From Pasteurellaceae bacterium (GTDB lineage Bacteria > Pseudomonadota > Gammaproteobacteria > Enterobacterales > Pasteurellaceae), in contig JAUNAB010000003.1 in NCBI GenBank assembly GCA_030527795.1, positions 53,959-117,958 of the forward strand: a stretch of 64,000 bases of DNA, written 5' to 3'. The notes beneath the pieces are model-generated. The model saw only the letters and a list, made by a program, of their open reading frames with translations. It made no database searches and was not told where the DNA came from. Of this stretch, positions 55,238-64,000 are shown one piece after another. How positions within the stretch are numbered: the stretch's first letter is position 1; each line of letters begins with the position of its first letter. The position numbers and the translations under genes were made by a program.

Positions 55238-56626
55238 CTAACGTTTAAACATCCCGCCTAATCCGCCCAGGGCACCGAGTCCACCGCCCATCATACCTTT
55301 CATTCCACGCATCATTTTCGCCATACCACCGCTACGCATTTTTTTCATCATCCGTTGCATTTCATCAAACTGCTTTAATAGTTTATTCACATCTTGCACT
55401 TGCGTACCTGAACCTAATGCAATACGGCGACGACGCGATCCCTTGATAATATCAGGATTTGCTCGCTCTTTTAAGGTCATTGAATTGATGATCGCTTCCA
55501 TTTTTACGAACATTTTATCATCAACTTTATTTTTCACGTGATCGGGCAAATTTTTTGCCCCTGGTAATTTGTCAAGCATTGACATCATACCGCCCATTTT
55601 CTTCATTTCAATTAACTGTTCACGGAAATCTTCAAGGGTAAAATTATCCCCTTGCTTAAATTTCTGTGCCATTTTTTCAGCTTTCTCTTTATCAACAGAA
55701 CGTTCAAGATCTTCAATTAAAGAAAGCACATCGCCCATACCTAAAATACGAGAAGCAATGCGATCAGGATAAAATGGCTCTAAGGCATCCGTTTTTTCGC
55801 CAACCCCAAGGAATTTAATCGGCTTGCCTGTGATCTGACGAATAGATAACGCTGCCCCACCACGAGCATCACCATCTACTTTGGTTAAAATCACCCCAGT
55901 CAACGGCAAAGCTTCATTGAAAGCTTTCGCCGTATTTGCCGCATCTTGCCCCGTCATTGCATCAACAGTAAATAAGGTTTCAATCGGGTTAAGTACGTGG
56001 TGAATTTGTTGGATCTCTGCCATCATCTCACTATCAACGTGTAAGCGCCCCGCGGTATCCACGATCAATACATCATAAAACTTTAATTTCGCTTCACTTA
56101 ACGCGTGTTGCACAATCTCCACTGGGGATTGTTGCACATTGGATGGGAAAAAATCCACGCCGACATTTTGAGCCAGAGTTTCTAATTGTTTAATCGCAGC
56201 AGGGCGATAAACGTCCGCAGACACCACTAACACTTTCTTTTTATGGCGTTCACGCAAAAACTTCGCTAATTTCCCTACGCTTGTGGTTTTCCCTGCTCCT
56301 TGTAATCCAGCCATTAAAATGACCGCGGGCGGTTGTGTCGCTAAATTTAAACTCTCATTCGCTTCGCCCATCGCTTTTTCAAGTTCGGCCTGCACAATCT
56401 TAACGAATTCTTGGCCTGGCGTAAGGCTTTTATTCACCTCCACACCAATCGCGCGTTCTTTCACATTATTAATAAATTCACGCACTACTGGCAACGCCAC
56501 ATCCGCTTCAAGCAATGCCATTCGCACTTCACGCAGAGTTTCTTTAATATTTTCTTCGCTTAATCGCCCTTTACCGCTGATATTACGCAGGGTTTTTGAC
56601 AGACGATCGGACAAATTCTCAAACAT
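55238..56626 (-). CDS. ffh: Signal recognition particle protein Ffh
   Basis: MFENLSDRLSKTLRNISGKGRLSE..., an SRP54 N/G domain and a Met-rich M domain. The start is taken at the 8th codon of the ORF-track ORF. Confidence 0.95.
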   Translation of the reverse strand: MFENLSDRLSKTLRNISGKGRLSEENIKETLREVRMALLEADVALPVVREFINNVKERAIGVEVNKSLTPGQEFVKIVQAELEKAMGEANESLNLATQPPAVILMAGLQGAGKTTSVGKLAKFLRERHKKKVLVVSADVYRPAAIKQLETLAQNVGVDFFPSNVQQSPVEIVQHALSEAKLKFYDVLIVDTAGRLHVDSEMMAEIQQIHHVLNPIETLFTVDAMTGQDAANTAKAFNEALPLTGVILTKVDGDARGGAALSIRQITGKPIKFLGVGEKTDALEPFYPDRIASRILGMGDVLSLIEDLERSVDKEKAEKMAQKFKQGDNFTLEDFREQLIEMKKMGGMMSMLDKLPGAKNLPDHVKNKVDDKMFVKMEAIINSMTLKERANPDIIKGSRRRRIALGSGTQVQDVNKLLKQFDEMQRMMKKMRSGGMAKMMRGMKGMMGGGLGALGGLGGMFKR

Positions 56627-56782
56627 AATCTTCTCACTTTCACACAAAATATAGCAACATTATACTGGAATAATCGCTTTTTTTCATTATTTGATATTTT
56701 TTATCGGGATCGGTAAAATATTGAAACTAACAAGCACACAAATCATTCAATACAAACCATCATCTTAATTTGAGATCACATT

Positions 56783-57565
56783 ATGTCATTCGCTATTTTT
56801 GCTATGTTGTTTTACGTCATTGCCTTGTTGTTGCTTAGCCCAATGTTAGTCAAAGTGCAAACCGCGGAAAAATTTAAACGGGATAAATCGGTCTTTTTGC
56901 TCACCGCGTTTATTGCGTTATGTCTGCACTTAATTAATTTACTTGATCTCTCCGCACAAAATGGTGACGGCATTAGCATTATGCAAGCCAGTTCTTTCGT
57001 TAGCTTAATTATGGCGCTCATTTCCACTTTTGCAGTATTATGCCGAGTTCGCACCCTTTGGACACTATTGCCCATTATGTACGGTTTTGCGTTAATCAAT
57101 GTGGCATTTGCCACTTTTTTACCACATCAACGACTCGCACAACATCACGATCTCTTTTTCCATATTGTACTATCATTAGTTTCCTACGCAGTTTGCTTTA
57201 TTGCGATGCTATACAGTATTCAAATTTATTGGATTGAGCGCCGCTTAAAACGCAAAAAAATAACCTTTTCCCCTTTGATGCCACCATTAATGCTCGCAGA
57301 ACGCCATTTTTTCCGCGTACTTTTCAGTGGTGAAATATTATTAACCGCCACGCTGATTTCAGGAGCATTTGTCCTTGTTGATTACGGTTCTGCACATAAT
57401 ATTCAAAAAGCGTTATTCACATTCTTTGCATGGTTAGTCTTTGGTCAACTATTAATCGGGCGTTGGAAATGGCATTGGAATGGACAAAAAATGGTTAGCT
57501 ATTGCGTTTCAGGAATGATCCTTTTAAGCATTGGCTATGCCATTAGCCGTGCAATGCTGACTTAA
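56783..57565 (+). CDS. ypjD: Inner-membrane protein YpjD (cytochrome c assembly CcsA-like family)
   Basis: A multi-TM protein of 260 aa, divergent from ffh as in E. coli. Confidence 0.75.
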   Translation: MSFAIFAMLFYVIALLLLSPMLVKVQTAEKFKRDKSVFLLTAFIALCLHLINLLDLSAQNGDGISIMQASSFVSLIMALISTFAVLCRVRTLWTLLPIMYGFALINVAFATFLPHQRLAQHHDLFFHIVLSLVSYAVCFIAMLYSIQIYWIERRLKRKKITFSPLMPPLMLAERHFFRVLFSGEILLTATLISGAFVLVDYGSAHNIQKALFTFFAWLVFGQLLIGRWKWHWNGQKMVSYCVSGMILLSIGYAISRAMLT

Positions 57566-57629
57566 GCAAAAAACCGCTCAAACCACGGTCAAAAATAAGG
57601 CTGTTTTTTATAAACAGCCCCTAATCAGA

Positions 57630-58439
57630 TTAACTCTCGATTTCTTCTTTTTTCACTTCATTCCACAGCAAATCCATTTCCATTAACGACGATTGCTGAC
57701 AAGTTTTCCCCAGTGCTTTGAGTTTTTGCTCAACAGAACGAAAACGACGCTCAAATTTGTGATTCGCTTGTCGTAAACTTTCTTCAGCGGGGCAATGCAA
57801 ATGTCGGCTTAAATTCACCGTGGCAAATAATAAATCTCCCATTTCTTCATTCACTTTCACTTGATCTCGCTCAGGACGGTTTAATTCTTGTTTCACTTCA
57901 TCCAGTTCTTCTTCCACTTTCGCAATCACAGGAGCGATACTTTGCCAATCAAACCCGACTTTCGCACAGGCTTTTTGCAGTTTCTCTGCACGCATTAAAG
58001 CAGGAAATGCGTGCGGAACATTATCTAAAATTGACGTTTTAGGTTGAGTCTGCTGTTCTAATTCTTTCATCGCATTCCAATTTTGCAATGCTTCTTGCTC
58101 ATTTTCCGCGGTTTTATCTCCAAAGACATGAGGATGACGGCGAACAATTTTTTCTAACACGCCTGCAACCACATCATCAAACGTAAATTGATTCTTTTCC
58201 GCACTCAGCTGGCATAAAAAAACCACTTGCAAAAGTAAATCACCCAGCTCTTCTTTTAAATTATCCGTATTGCCTTGTTCAATCGCTTCAATAACTTCAT
58301 ACGTTTCTTCCACTAAACAAGGAATCATAGAATGAAAATTTTGTTTAATATCCCAAGGACAGCCTGTTTCAGGATCGCGCAACCGAGCTATCAACTGAAT
58401 AAATTGAGCAATATCACTGTTTTTAATTTGAGTATCCAT
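57630..58439 (-). CDS. mazG: Nucleoside triphosphate pyrophosphohydrolase MazG
   Basis: Two MazG EExxE/ELGDLL motifs. Confidence 0.9.
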   Translation of the reverse strand: MDTQIKNSDIAQFIQLIARLRDPETGCPWDIKQNFHSMIPCLVEETYEVIEAIEQGNTDNLKEELGDLLLQVVFLCQLSAEKNQFTFDDVVAGVLEKIVRRHPHVFGDKTAENEQEALQNWNAMKELEQQTQPKTSILDNVPHAFPALMRAEKLQKACAKVGFDWQSIAPVIAKVEEELDEVKQELNRPERDQVKVNEEMGDLLFATVNLSRHLHCPAEESLRQANHKFERRFRSVEQKLKALGKTCQQSSLMEMDLLWNEVKKEEIES

Positions 58440-58620
58440 AATTTTTCCTTATCTAAAAATGACACAATTATAAGTTTTTTATACTACTATTTCGTAAAAT
58501 TTAATTAATAATCCACAAAAGCTTTTCAGAAATGTGATCTAGTGCAACTTTTTTTCTAATTTAGGATGTTACTATACTTGCAACAGAGATAAGTTGAATT
58601 GATATAATAAGGAGCAGATT

Positions 58621-59046
58621 ATGTATAGACATGTGTTAGTTGCAATTGATCTTTCCGATGAAAGTTCAGTTTTACTCGATAAAGCTGTTCGTATAGCAAA
58701 ACGAAACGACGCAAAATTATCAATTATTCATGTAGATGTCAATTTTTCTGATCTTTATACAGGATTAATTGATGTGAATATGGCATCAATGCAAGATCGT
58801 ATTTCAACGGAAACCCAACAAGCATTAATTCAACTAGCTGAAACAGCAGGATACCCTGTAACTGAGAAACTCAGTGGAAGTGGCGATTTAGGTCAAGTAC
58901 TCTCTGATGCAATAGAACAATATGATGTAGATCTATTGGTAACGGGTCATCATCAAGATTTTTGGAGTAAATTGATGTCATCTACTCGTCAAGTTATGAA
59001 TACGATAACGATTGATATGTTAGTTGTACCGTTACGTGATGAATAA
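58621..59046 (+). CDS. uspA: Universal stress protein A
   Basis: Collinear with E. coli UspA (HILVAIDLS...[10 protein letters not shown]...[12 protein letters not shown]). Confidence 0.9.
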   Translation: MYRHVLVAIDLSDESSVLLDKAVRIAKRNDAKLSIIHVDVNFSDLYTGLIDVNMASMQDRISTETQQALIQLAETAGYPVTEKLSGSGDLGQVLSDAIEQYDVDLLVTGHHQDFWSKLMSSTRQVMNTITIDMLVVPLRDE

Positions 59047-59076
59047 TTAAGCACTCAAAAAAATACTCAACTCTTT

Positions 59077-59114
59077 ACCGCACTTTTCATTGAGGAAAAT
59101 GGAAGTGCGGTTTT
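59077..59114 (+). terminator. Hin-type USS inverted pair terminator (taccgcacttttcattgaggaaaatggaagtgcggtttt)
   Basis: AAGTGCGGT core on both arms plus a T-run. Confidence 0.6.
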
Positions 59115-59227
59115 ACTTTTTATTTACGAATAATTGAATTAATTCAGCAAAAACTCGTTCTATAAAAGGCAAAAATATGTAACAATAGGACGGTATATTA
59201 TGAGAAATATAAACACAAGGTTTATTA

Positions 59228-61852
59228 ATGAAAACAACAGCTGAAATCAGACAGTCATTTTTAGATTTTTTTCATAGTAAAGGACATCAAATTGTCGCAA
59301 GTAGTTCACTTGTTCCAAATAATGATCCGACATTACTTTTTACAAATGCAGGAATGAATCAATTTAAAGATGTCTTTTTGGGAATAGATAAGCGCCCCTA
59401 TACGCGTGCAACAACCGCACAGCGTTGTGTACGAGCAGGCGGAAAGCATAACGATTTAGAAAATGTTGGTTATACTGCTCGCCATCATACTTTTTTTGAA
59501 ATGTTAGGTAACTTTAGTTTCGGGGATTATTTTAAACAAGATGCCATTCATTTTGCTTGGGAATATTTAACCTCATCGGCTTGGCTAGGCTTACCAAAAG
59601 AAAAACTTTGGGTTACCGTATATGAAACCGATGATGAAGCCTACAATATTTGGCATAATGAAATTGGTATCCCTAAAGAGCGGATTATTCGCATTGGCGA
59701 TAATAAAGGTTCAGCATACGCGTCAGATAACTTTTGGCAAATGGGTGATACGGGTCCATGTGGTCCTTGTACTGAAATATTCTACGATCATGGCGAGCAT
59801 ATTTGGGGAGGACCTCCAGGATCAGCAGAAGAAGATGGCGATCGCTATATTGAAATCTGGAATATCGTATTTATGCAATTCAATCGCCAATCTGATGGTA
59901 AAATGGAAAAATTACCAAAACCATCCGTTGATACAGGGATGGGATTAGAGCGTATTAGTGCAGTATTACAACATGTTAACTCTAACTACGATATTGATAT
60001 TTTTAAAAAATTAATCGCCAAAGCAAGTGAATTGACAGGCGAGAAAGATTTAACTAACAAATCTTTACGCGTAATTTCCGATCATATTCGTTCTTGTGCT
60101 TATTTAATCGCAGATGGAGTTATTCCTTCGAATGAAGGTCGCGGTTATGTATTAAGACGAATTATTCGTCGTGCTGTTAGACATGGGCATTTACTTGGAG
60201 CAAAAGAAACATTTTTCTATAAGTTAGTACCGACTCTCATTGATGTGATGGCAGAAGCGGGTCAAGAAATAAAAGAAAAACAAGCCAATGTAGAAAAACT
60301 CCTACGATTAGAAGAAGAACAATTTGCTCGCACCTTAGAACGTGGACTTGCACTATTAGATGACGAATTAGCCAGACTCAATAATAATCAACTTTCTGGC
60401 GAAATTATCTTTAAACTTTACGATACCTACGGTTTCCCGTTCGATTTGACCGCGGATGTTTGCCGTGAGCGCAATATTGATGTTGATGAAAATGGGTTTA
60501 ATCGTGAAATGGAACGCCAACGCACGCGGGCACAATCTGCAAGTCAATTTGGTATGGACTATAGTAATGTGATTCGTGTTGATGGTGCAACTAGCTTTAA
60601 CGGTTATACAAACACTGATGGCGAAGCGAAAGTCATCGCACTTTTCACTGATGGTATTTCAGTAGATCAAATTCATGCAGGTCAAAATGCGATTGTTATC
60701 TTGGATAATACTCCATTTTACGCAGAATCAGGGGGGCAAATTGGAGATAGTGGAGTCATTACAACAAACAGTATGACATTCACTGTCAATGATACACAAA
60801 AATATGGACAAATATTTGGCCATATTGGCGAATTAGTACAAGGAACTTTATCTGTTGGTCAAACAGTTAATACGGTTGTTGATGTTCAACGTCGTCAGAA
60901 AATATCCTTAAATCATAGTGCTACACATTTATTACATGCTGCTTTACGTCAAGTATTAGGAGATCATGTGGCACAGAAAGGATCATTAGTGAACGATCGT
61001 GCATTACGTTTTGACTTTGTTCAACATGAAGCTATTAGCAAGGCACAACTTGCTGAGATAGAACGTATAGTTAATTTCCATATTCGTGCCAACCACCCTA
61101 TCGTGACAGAAATAATGGAAATTGAAGCAGCTAAGGCAAAAGGAGCGATGGCATTATTTGGTGAAAAATATGGTGATACGGTACGTGTCGTTACTATGAG
61201 TGAGTTTTCTATCGAACTTTGTGGCGGTATTCACTCTCAACGTACAGGTGATATCGGATTATTTAAAATTGTATCAGAAAGTGCAGTTGCCTCAGGTATT
61301 CGTCGTGTCGAAGCCATGACAGGAGCGCAGGCTATCGAGCAAATTCAATATCAACAACATATTTTACAGCAAAGTGCAGATGTATTGAAATCAGAACCGT
61401 ATTTCTTGGTAGAGAAAATCCAACAATTACAAGAAAAATCGAAAAAAACTGAAAAAGAATTGCAACAGCTGAAAGAAAAGATCGCAATGGAAGCTGGTTC
61501 TAAACTCGCACAAACCGCGGAAAAAATTGGAAGTGTTTCTGTGATTGTGCAACAACTTGATGGCGTTGAAACAAAAGCATTACGAATAATAGTTGATGAT
61601 CTTAAAAACCAATTAGATTCAGCAGTTATTGCTTTTGCTTCTGCTATCGATGATAAAGTAAATTTAATTGTTGGTGTTACAAGCAATCTAACTTCAAAAG
61701 TGAAAGCTGGCGAGTTAGTAAATTTGATGGCACAGCAAGTTGGTGGCAAAGGCGGCGGACGTCCAGATATGGCGATGGCTGGTGGTTCTGAGCCAGAAAA
61801 CTTGCAAAATGCTTTAAACGCTTGTAATGAGTGGCTAAAAGCAAATTTATAA
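59228..61852 (+). CDS. alaS: Alanyl-tRNA synthetase
   Basis: 874 aa of class II aaRS. Confidence 0.95.
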   Translation: MKTTAEIRQSFLDFFHSKGHQIVASSSLVPNNDPTLLFTNAGMNQFKDVFLGIDKRPYTRATTAQRCVRAGGKHNDLENVGYTARHHTFFEMLGNFSFGDYFKQDAIHFAWEYLTSSAWLGLPKEKLWVTVYETDDEAYNIWHNEIGIPKERIIRIGDNKGSAYASDNFWQMGDTGPCGPCTEIFYDHGEHIWGGPPGSAEEDGDRYIEIWNIVFMQFNRQSDGKMEKLPKPSVDTGMGLERISAVLQHVNSNYDIDIFKKLIAKASELTGEKDLTNKSLRVISDHIRSCAYLIADGVIPSNEGRGYVLRRIIRRAVRHGHLLGAKETFFYKLVPTLIDVMAEAGQEIKEKQANVEKLLRLEEEQFARTLERGLALLDDELARLNNNQLSGEIIFKLYDTYGFPFDLTADVCRERNIDVDENGFNREMERQRTRAQSASQFGMDYSNVIRVDGATSFNGYTNTDGEAKVIALFTDGISVDQIHAGQNAIVILDNTPFYAESGGQIGDSGVITTNSMTFTVNDTQKYGQIFGHIGELVQGTLSVGQTVNTVVDVQRRQKISLNHSATHLLHAALRQVLGDHVAQKGSLVNDRALRFDFVQHEAISKAQLAEIERIVNFHIRANHPIVTEIMEIEAAKAKGAMALFGEKYGDTVRVVTMSEFSIELCGGIHSQRTGDIGLFKIVSESAVASGIRRVEAMTGAQAIEQIQYQQHILQQSADVLKSEPYFLVEKIQQLQEKSKKTEKELQQLKEKIAMEAGSKLAQTAEKIGSVSVIVQQLDGVETKALRIIVDDLKNQLDSAVIAFASAIDDKVNLIVGVTSNLTSKVKAGELVNLMAQQVGGKGGGRPDMAMAGGSEPENLQNALNACNEWLKANL

Positions 61853-61865
61853 ATTTTAGTCTTTT

Positions 61866-61935
61866 GCGGTAATCCACTGCTCTGTTTTTGTTTAGAGGAT
61901 GTATGCGCTCTGTGTTGTAGAGCCAGTGGATTACT
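61866..61935 (+). terminator. Large imperfect hairpin (about 15 bp stem gtaatccactgctct / agagccagtggattac) between alaS and csrA
   Basis: Seen directly. It is probably the alaS terminator and/or a csrA-leader structure. Confidence 0.4.
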
Positions 61936-62010
61936 TGTGTTTAACAAATAGATAGGGAAATTACAGACACTATAAGGATATTATTATCAATATAATGATG
62001 GGAGGTCTGT

Positions 62011-62196
62011 ATGCTAATATTAACCCGTAAAGTTGGTGAGAGTTTACTCATCGGTGACGATATTGCTATTACGATTTTAAATGTTCGTGGTAATCAAGTA
62101 AAAGTCGGGGTTAAGGCACCAAAAAATGTATCTGTTCATCGAGAAGAGATTTATCAACGGATTAAACAAGCCGAATCTGAAGAGACAGCGTCTTAA
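62011..62196 (+). CDS. csrA: Carbon storage regulator CsrA
   Basis: [51 protein letters not shown]. Confidence 0.95.
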   Translation: MLILTRKVGESLLIGDDIAITILNVRGNQVKVGVKAPKNVSVHREEIYQRIKQAESEETAS

Positions 62197-62231
62197 GTTT
62201 GGAAATAAGTTAACAGAAGAGAAATGGAATT

Positions 62232-63596
62232 ATGAATAAATTAACCTGTTTTAAAGCCTATGATATTCGTGGTCAATTAGGTAGCGAGCTTAATGTTGAT
62301 ATTGCTTATCGCATTGGACGTGCTTTCGGACAATTCTTACAACCAAAGACAATTGTTGTTGGTGGCGATGTCCGTTTAACAAGTAAAGAGTTAAAAAGTG
62401 CAGTAACAAATGGATTACTTGATTCTGGTGTAAATGTTATTGATCTAGGAGAAGTTGGTACGGAAGAAGTTTATTTCGCTACCTCTTTCTTAGATGCAGA
62501 CGGCGGTATTGAGGTCACCGCGAGCCATAATCCAATAGATTACAATGGAATGAAGTTAGTTCGCAAAGGATCACGACCAATCAGCGCTGATACAGGTCTT
62601 GCGGAGATTCAAAAACTTGCGGAAGAAAATCATTTTCCGCAAGTCGCTCAACGTGGACATTATAAACAGCAATCAGTATTAGGTGACTATGTTGAACATT
62701 TGTTATCCTATATTAATCTGACTCATTTAAAACCAATGAAATTAGTGATTAATTCAGGTAATGGTGCAGCAGGTCATGTTATTGATGCTATCGAAGCTCA
62801 ATTTAAAGCAAGAGGCATGCCAGTAGAATTTGTAAAAATTCATAACAACCCAGATGGTACGTTTCCACATGGCATCCCTAATCCTATATTGCATGAAAAT
62901 CGTCAAGATACCATTGATGCAGTAATTGAACATAAAGCCGATATGGGAATTGCCTTTGATGGCGATTTTGATCGTTGTTTCTTATTTGATGAAAATGGTG
63001 GTTTTATCGAAGGCTATTATATTGTTGGTTTATTAGCTCAAGCATTTTTACAAAAACATAAAGGTGCAAAAATCATTTACGATCCACGTTTAACATGGAA
63101 TACCGTTAAATTGGTTGAAGAAAATGGTGGTGAAGCAGTTATGTCAAAATCAGGGCATGCTTTCATAAAAGAAAAAATGCGCGATGTTGATGCCATTTAT
63201 GGTGGTGAAATGAGTGCACATCATTATTTCCGTGATTTTTTCTATTGTGATAGTGGAATGATCCCTTGGTTATTAGTGATGGAACTGGTTTCTACCGCAG
63301 GGAAATCTTTAAGTGAACTCGTTAATAGCAGTATTGATACCTACCCTTCACCGGGAGAAATTAATAGCAAATTAACCGATGCTAAAGCCGCGATTGCTCG
63401 TGTCAGAGCAGCTTACGAAAAAGATGCACTGAATATTGATGAAATAGATGGGATTAGCATTGAATACCCAACTTGGCGTTTCAACTTGCGGAGTTCTAAT
63501 ACTGAACCCGTTGTTCGTCTTAATCTTGAAACTCGTGGTGATAAACAGTTAATGGTAGAAAAAACTGAAGAAATTTTGGCATTATTACGCCAATAA
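62232..63596 (+). CDS. manB: Phosphomannomutase/phosphoglucomutase
   Basis: TASHNP phosphoserine loop and collinearity with E. coli CpsG/ManB. Confidence 0.9.
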   Translation: MNKLTCFKAYDIRGQLGSELNVDIAYRIGRAFGQFLQPKTIVVGGDVRLTSKELKSAVTNGLLDSGVNVIDLGEVGTEEVYFATSFLDADGGIEVTASHNPIDYNGMKLVRKGSRPISADTGLAEIQKLAEENHFPQVAQRGHYKQQSVLGDYVEHLLSYINLTHLKPMKLVINSGNGAAGHVIDAIEAQFKARGMPVEFVKIHNNPDGTFPHGIPNPILHENRQDTIDAVIEHKADMGIAFDGDFDRCFLFDENGGFIEGYYIVGLLAQAFLQKHKGAKIIYDPRLTWNTVKLVEENGGEAVMSKSGHAFIKEKMRDVDAIYGGEMSAHHYFRDFFYCDSGMIPWLLVMELVSTAGKSLSELVNSSIDTYPSPGEINSKLTDAKAAIARVRAAYEKDALNIDEIDGISIEYPTWRFNLRSSNTEPVVRLNLETRGDKQLMVEKTEEILALLRQ

Positions 63597-63662
63597 CTAT
63601 TGTCTCATAACTCATTGCATCTTTATTGGTGCAATCATTGTTGTAAAAATAAAGGAAATACA

Positions 63663-64000
63663 ATGAAAGTGATTATTCCTGTTGCTGGTCTTGGTACGAG
63701 AATGTTGCCAGCAACAAAAGCAATTCCAAAAGAAATGCTAACCTTAGTTGATAAGCCATTAATTCAATATATTGTAAATGAATGTATAGCTGCGGGAATG
63801 AAAGAAATTATCTTAGTAACCCACTCATCTAAAAATGCTATTGAAAACCACTTTGATACTTCATTTGAATTAGAAACAATGCTTGAAAAACGTGTAAAAC
63901 GTCAGCTATTGGACGAGATTCGTTCAATTTGTCCGAAAGATGTGACCATTATGCACGTTCGTCAAGGCAATGCTAAAGGGTTAGGGCACGCCGTGCTTTG
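63663..64000 (+). CDS. galU: UTP-glucose-1-phosphate uridylyltransferase (N-terminal part; the gene runs off the window end)
   Basis: [40 protein letters not shown]. Confidence 0.9.
   Translation, partial: MKVIIPVAGLGTRMLPATKAIPKEMLTLVDKPLIQYIVNECIAAGMKEIILVTHSSKNAIENHFDTSFELETMLEKRVKRQLLDEIRSICPKDVTIMHVRQGNAKGLGHAVL

Overview
This 64 kb window reads as a gene-dense chromosomal segment from a Pasteurellaceae (Haemophilus-like) bacterium. The evidence is an AT-rich genome, Haemophilus-type markers (oapA/oapB, a protein E adhesin homolog, FabZ-LpxA-LpxB-RnhB, tig-clpP-clpX) and uptake-signal-like repeats. Nearly all ORFs of 60 aa or more are recognisable housekeeping genes. These include rpsF-priB-rpsR-rplI, argH, gdhA, psd, fklB, epmB/efp, rnr-rlmB, zapA-ssrS-ygfA, ygfB-pepP-ubiH-ubiI, deoD, nupC, metG, apbC, yjgA/pmbA, hpt, ffh, mazG, uspA, alaS-csrA and manB-galU. 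I found no phage genes, transposase or integrase ORFs, CRISPR array or tRNA. Eight things fall outside ordinary annotation. (1) The most striking is a heavily over-represented inverted-pair repeat built on the palindromic core ACCGCGGT(C)AAAAA. It forms most intergenic terminators and also occurs in-frame inside genes. It behaves like an uptake-signal sequence (USS) but matches neither the canonical Hin-type (AAGTGCGGT) nor the Apl-type (ACAAGCGGT) core. Two Hin-type pairs are also present. (2) A sugar-utilisation operon (PTS ascorbate-family IIB and IIC plus a split transketolase) sits next to a divergent LacI-family regulator. It looks to be decaying: the IIC gene has a frameshift in an A7 run and the transketolase N-subunit gene has an in-frame TAA. 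A perfect 16 bp inverted repeat in the shared promoter region is a candidate operator pair. (3) A tandem duplication of about 180 bp copies the 3' end of the yafJ-like amidotransferase gene together with its terminator. (4) A 6S RNA gene (ssrS) lies in the expected zapA-ygfA position. (5) A candidate small RNA, with a consensus promoter followed by a hairpin terminator, lies between pmbA and hpt. (6) A Fur-box-like site precedes a TonB-dependent receptor that is paired with a YddA/SbmA-family ABC importer. (7) An operon of a PcaB/PurB-like lyase, a GNAT and an amino-acid ABC transporter has unknown substrate. (8) Two ORF-free AT-rich islands of roughly 400 bp each are unexplained. All calls are from reading the sequence and ORF translations by eye. 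No database searches were run.
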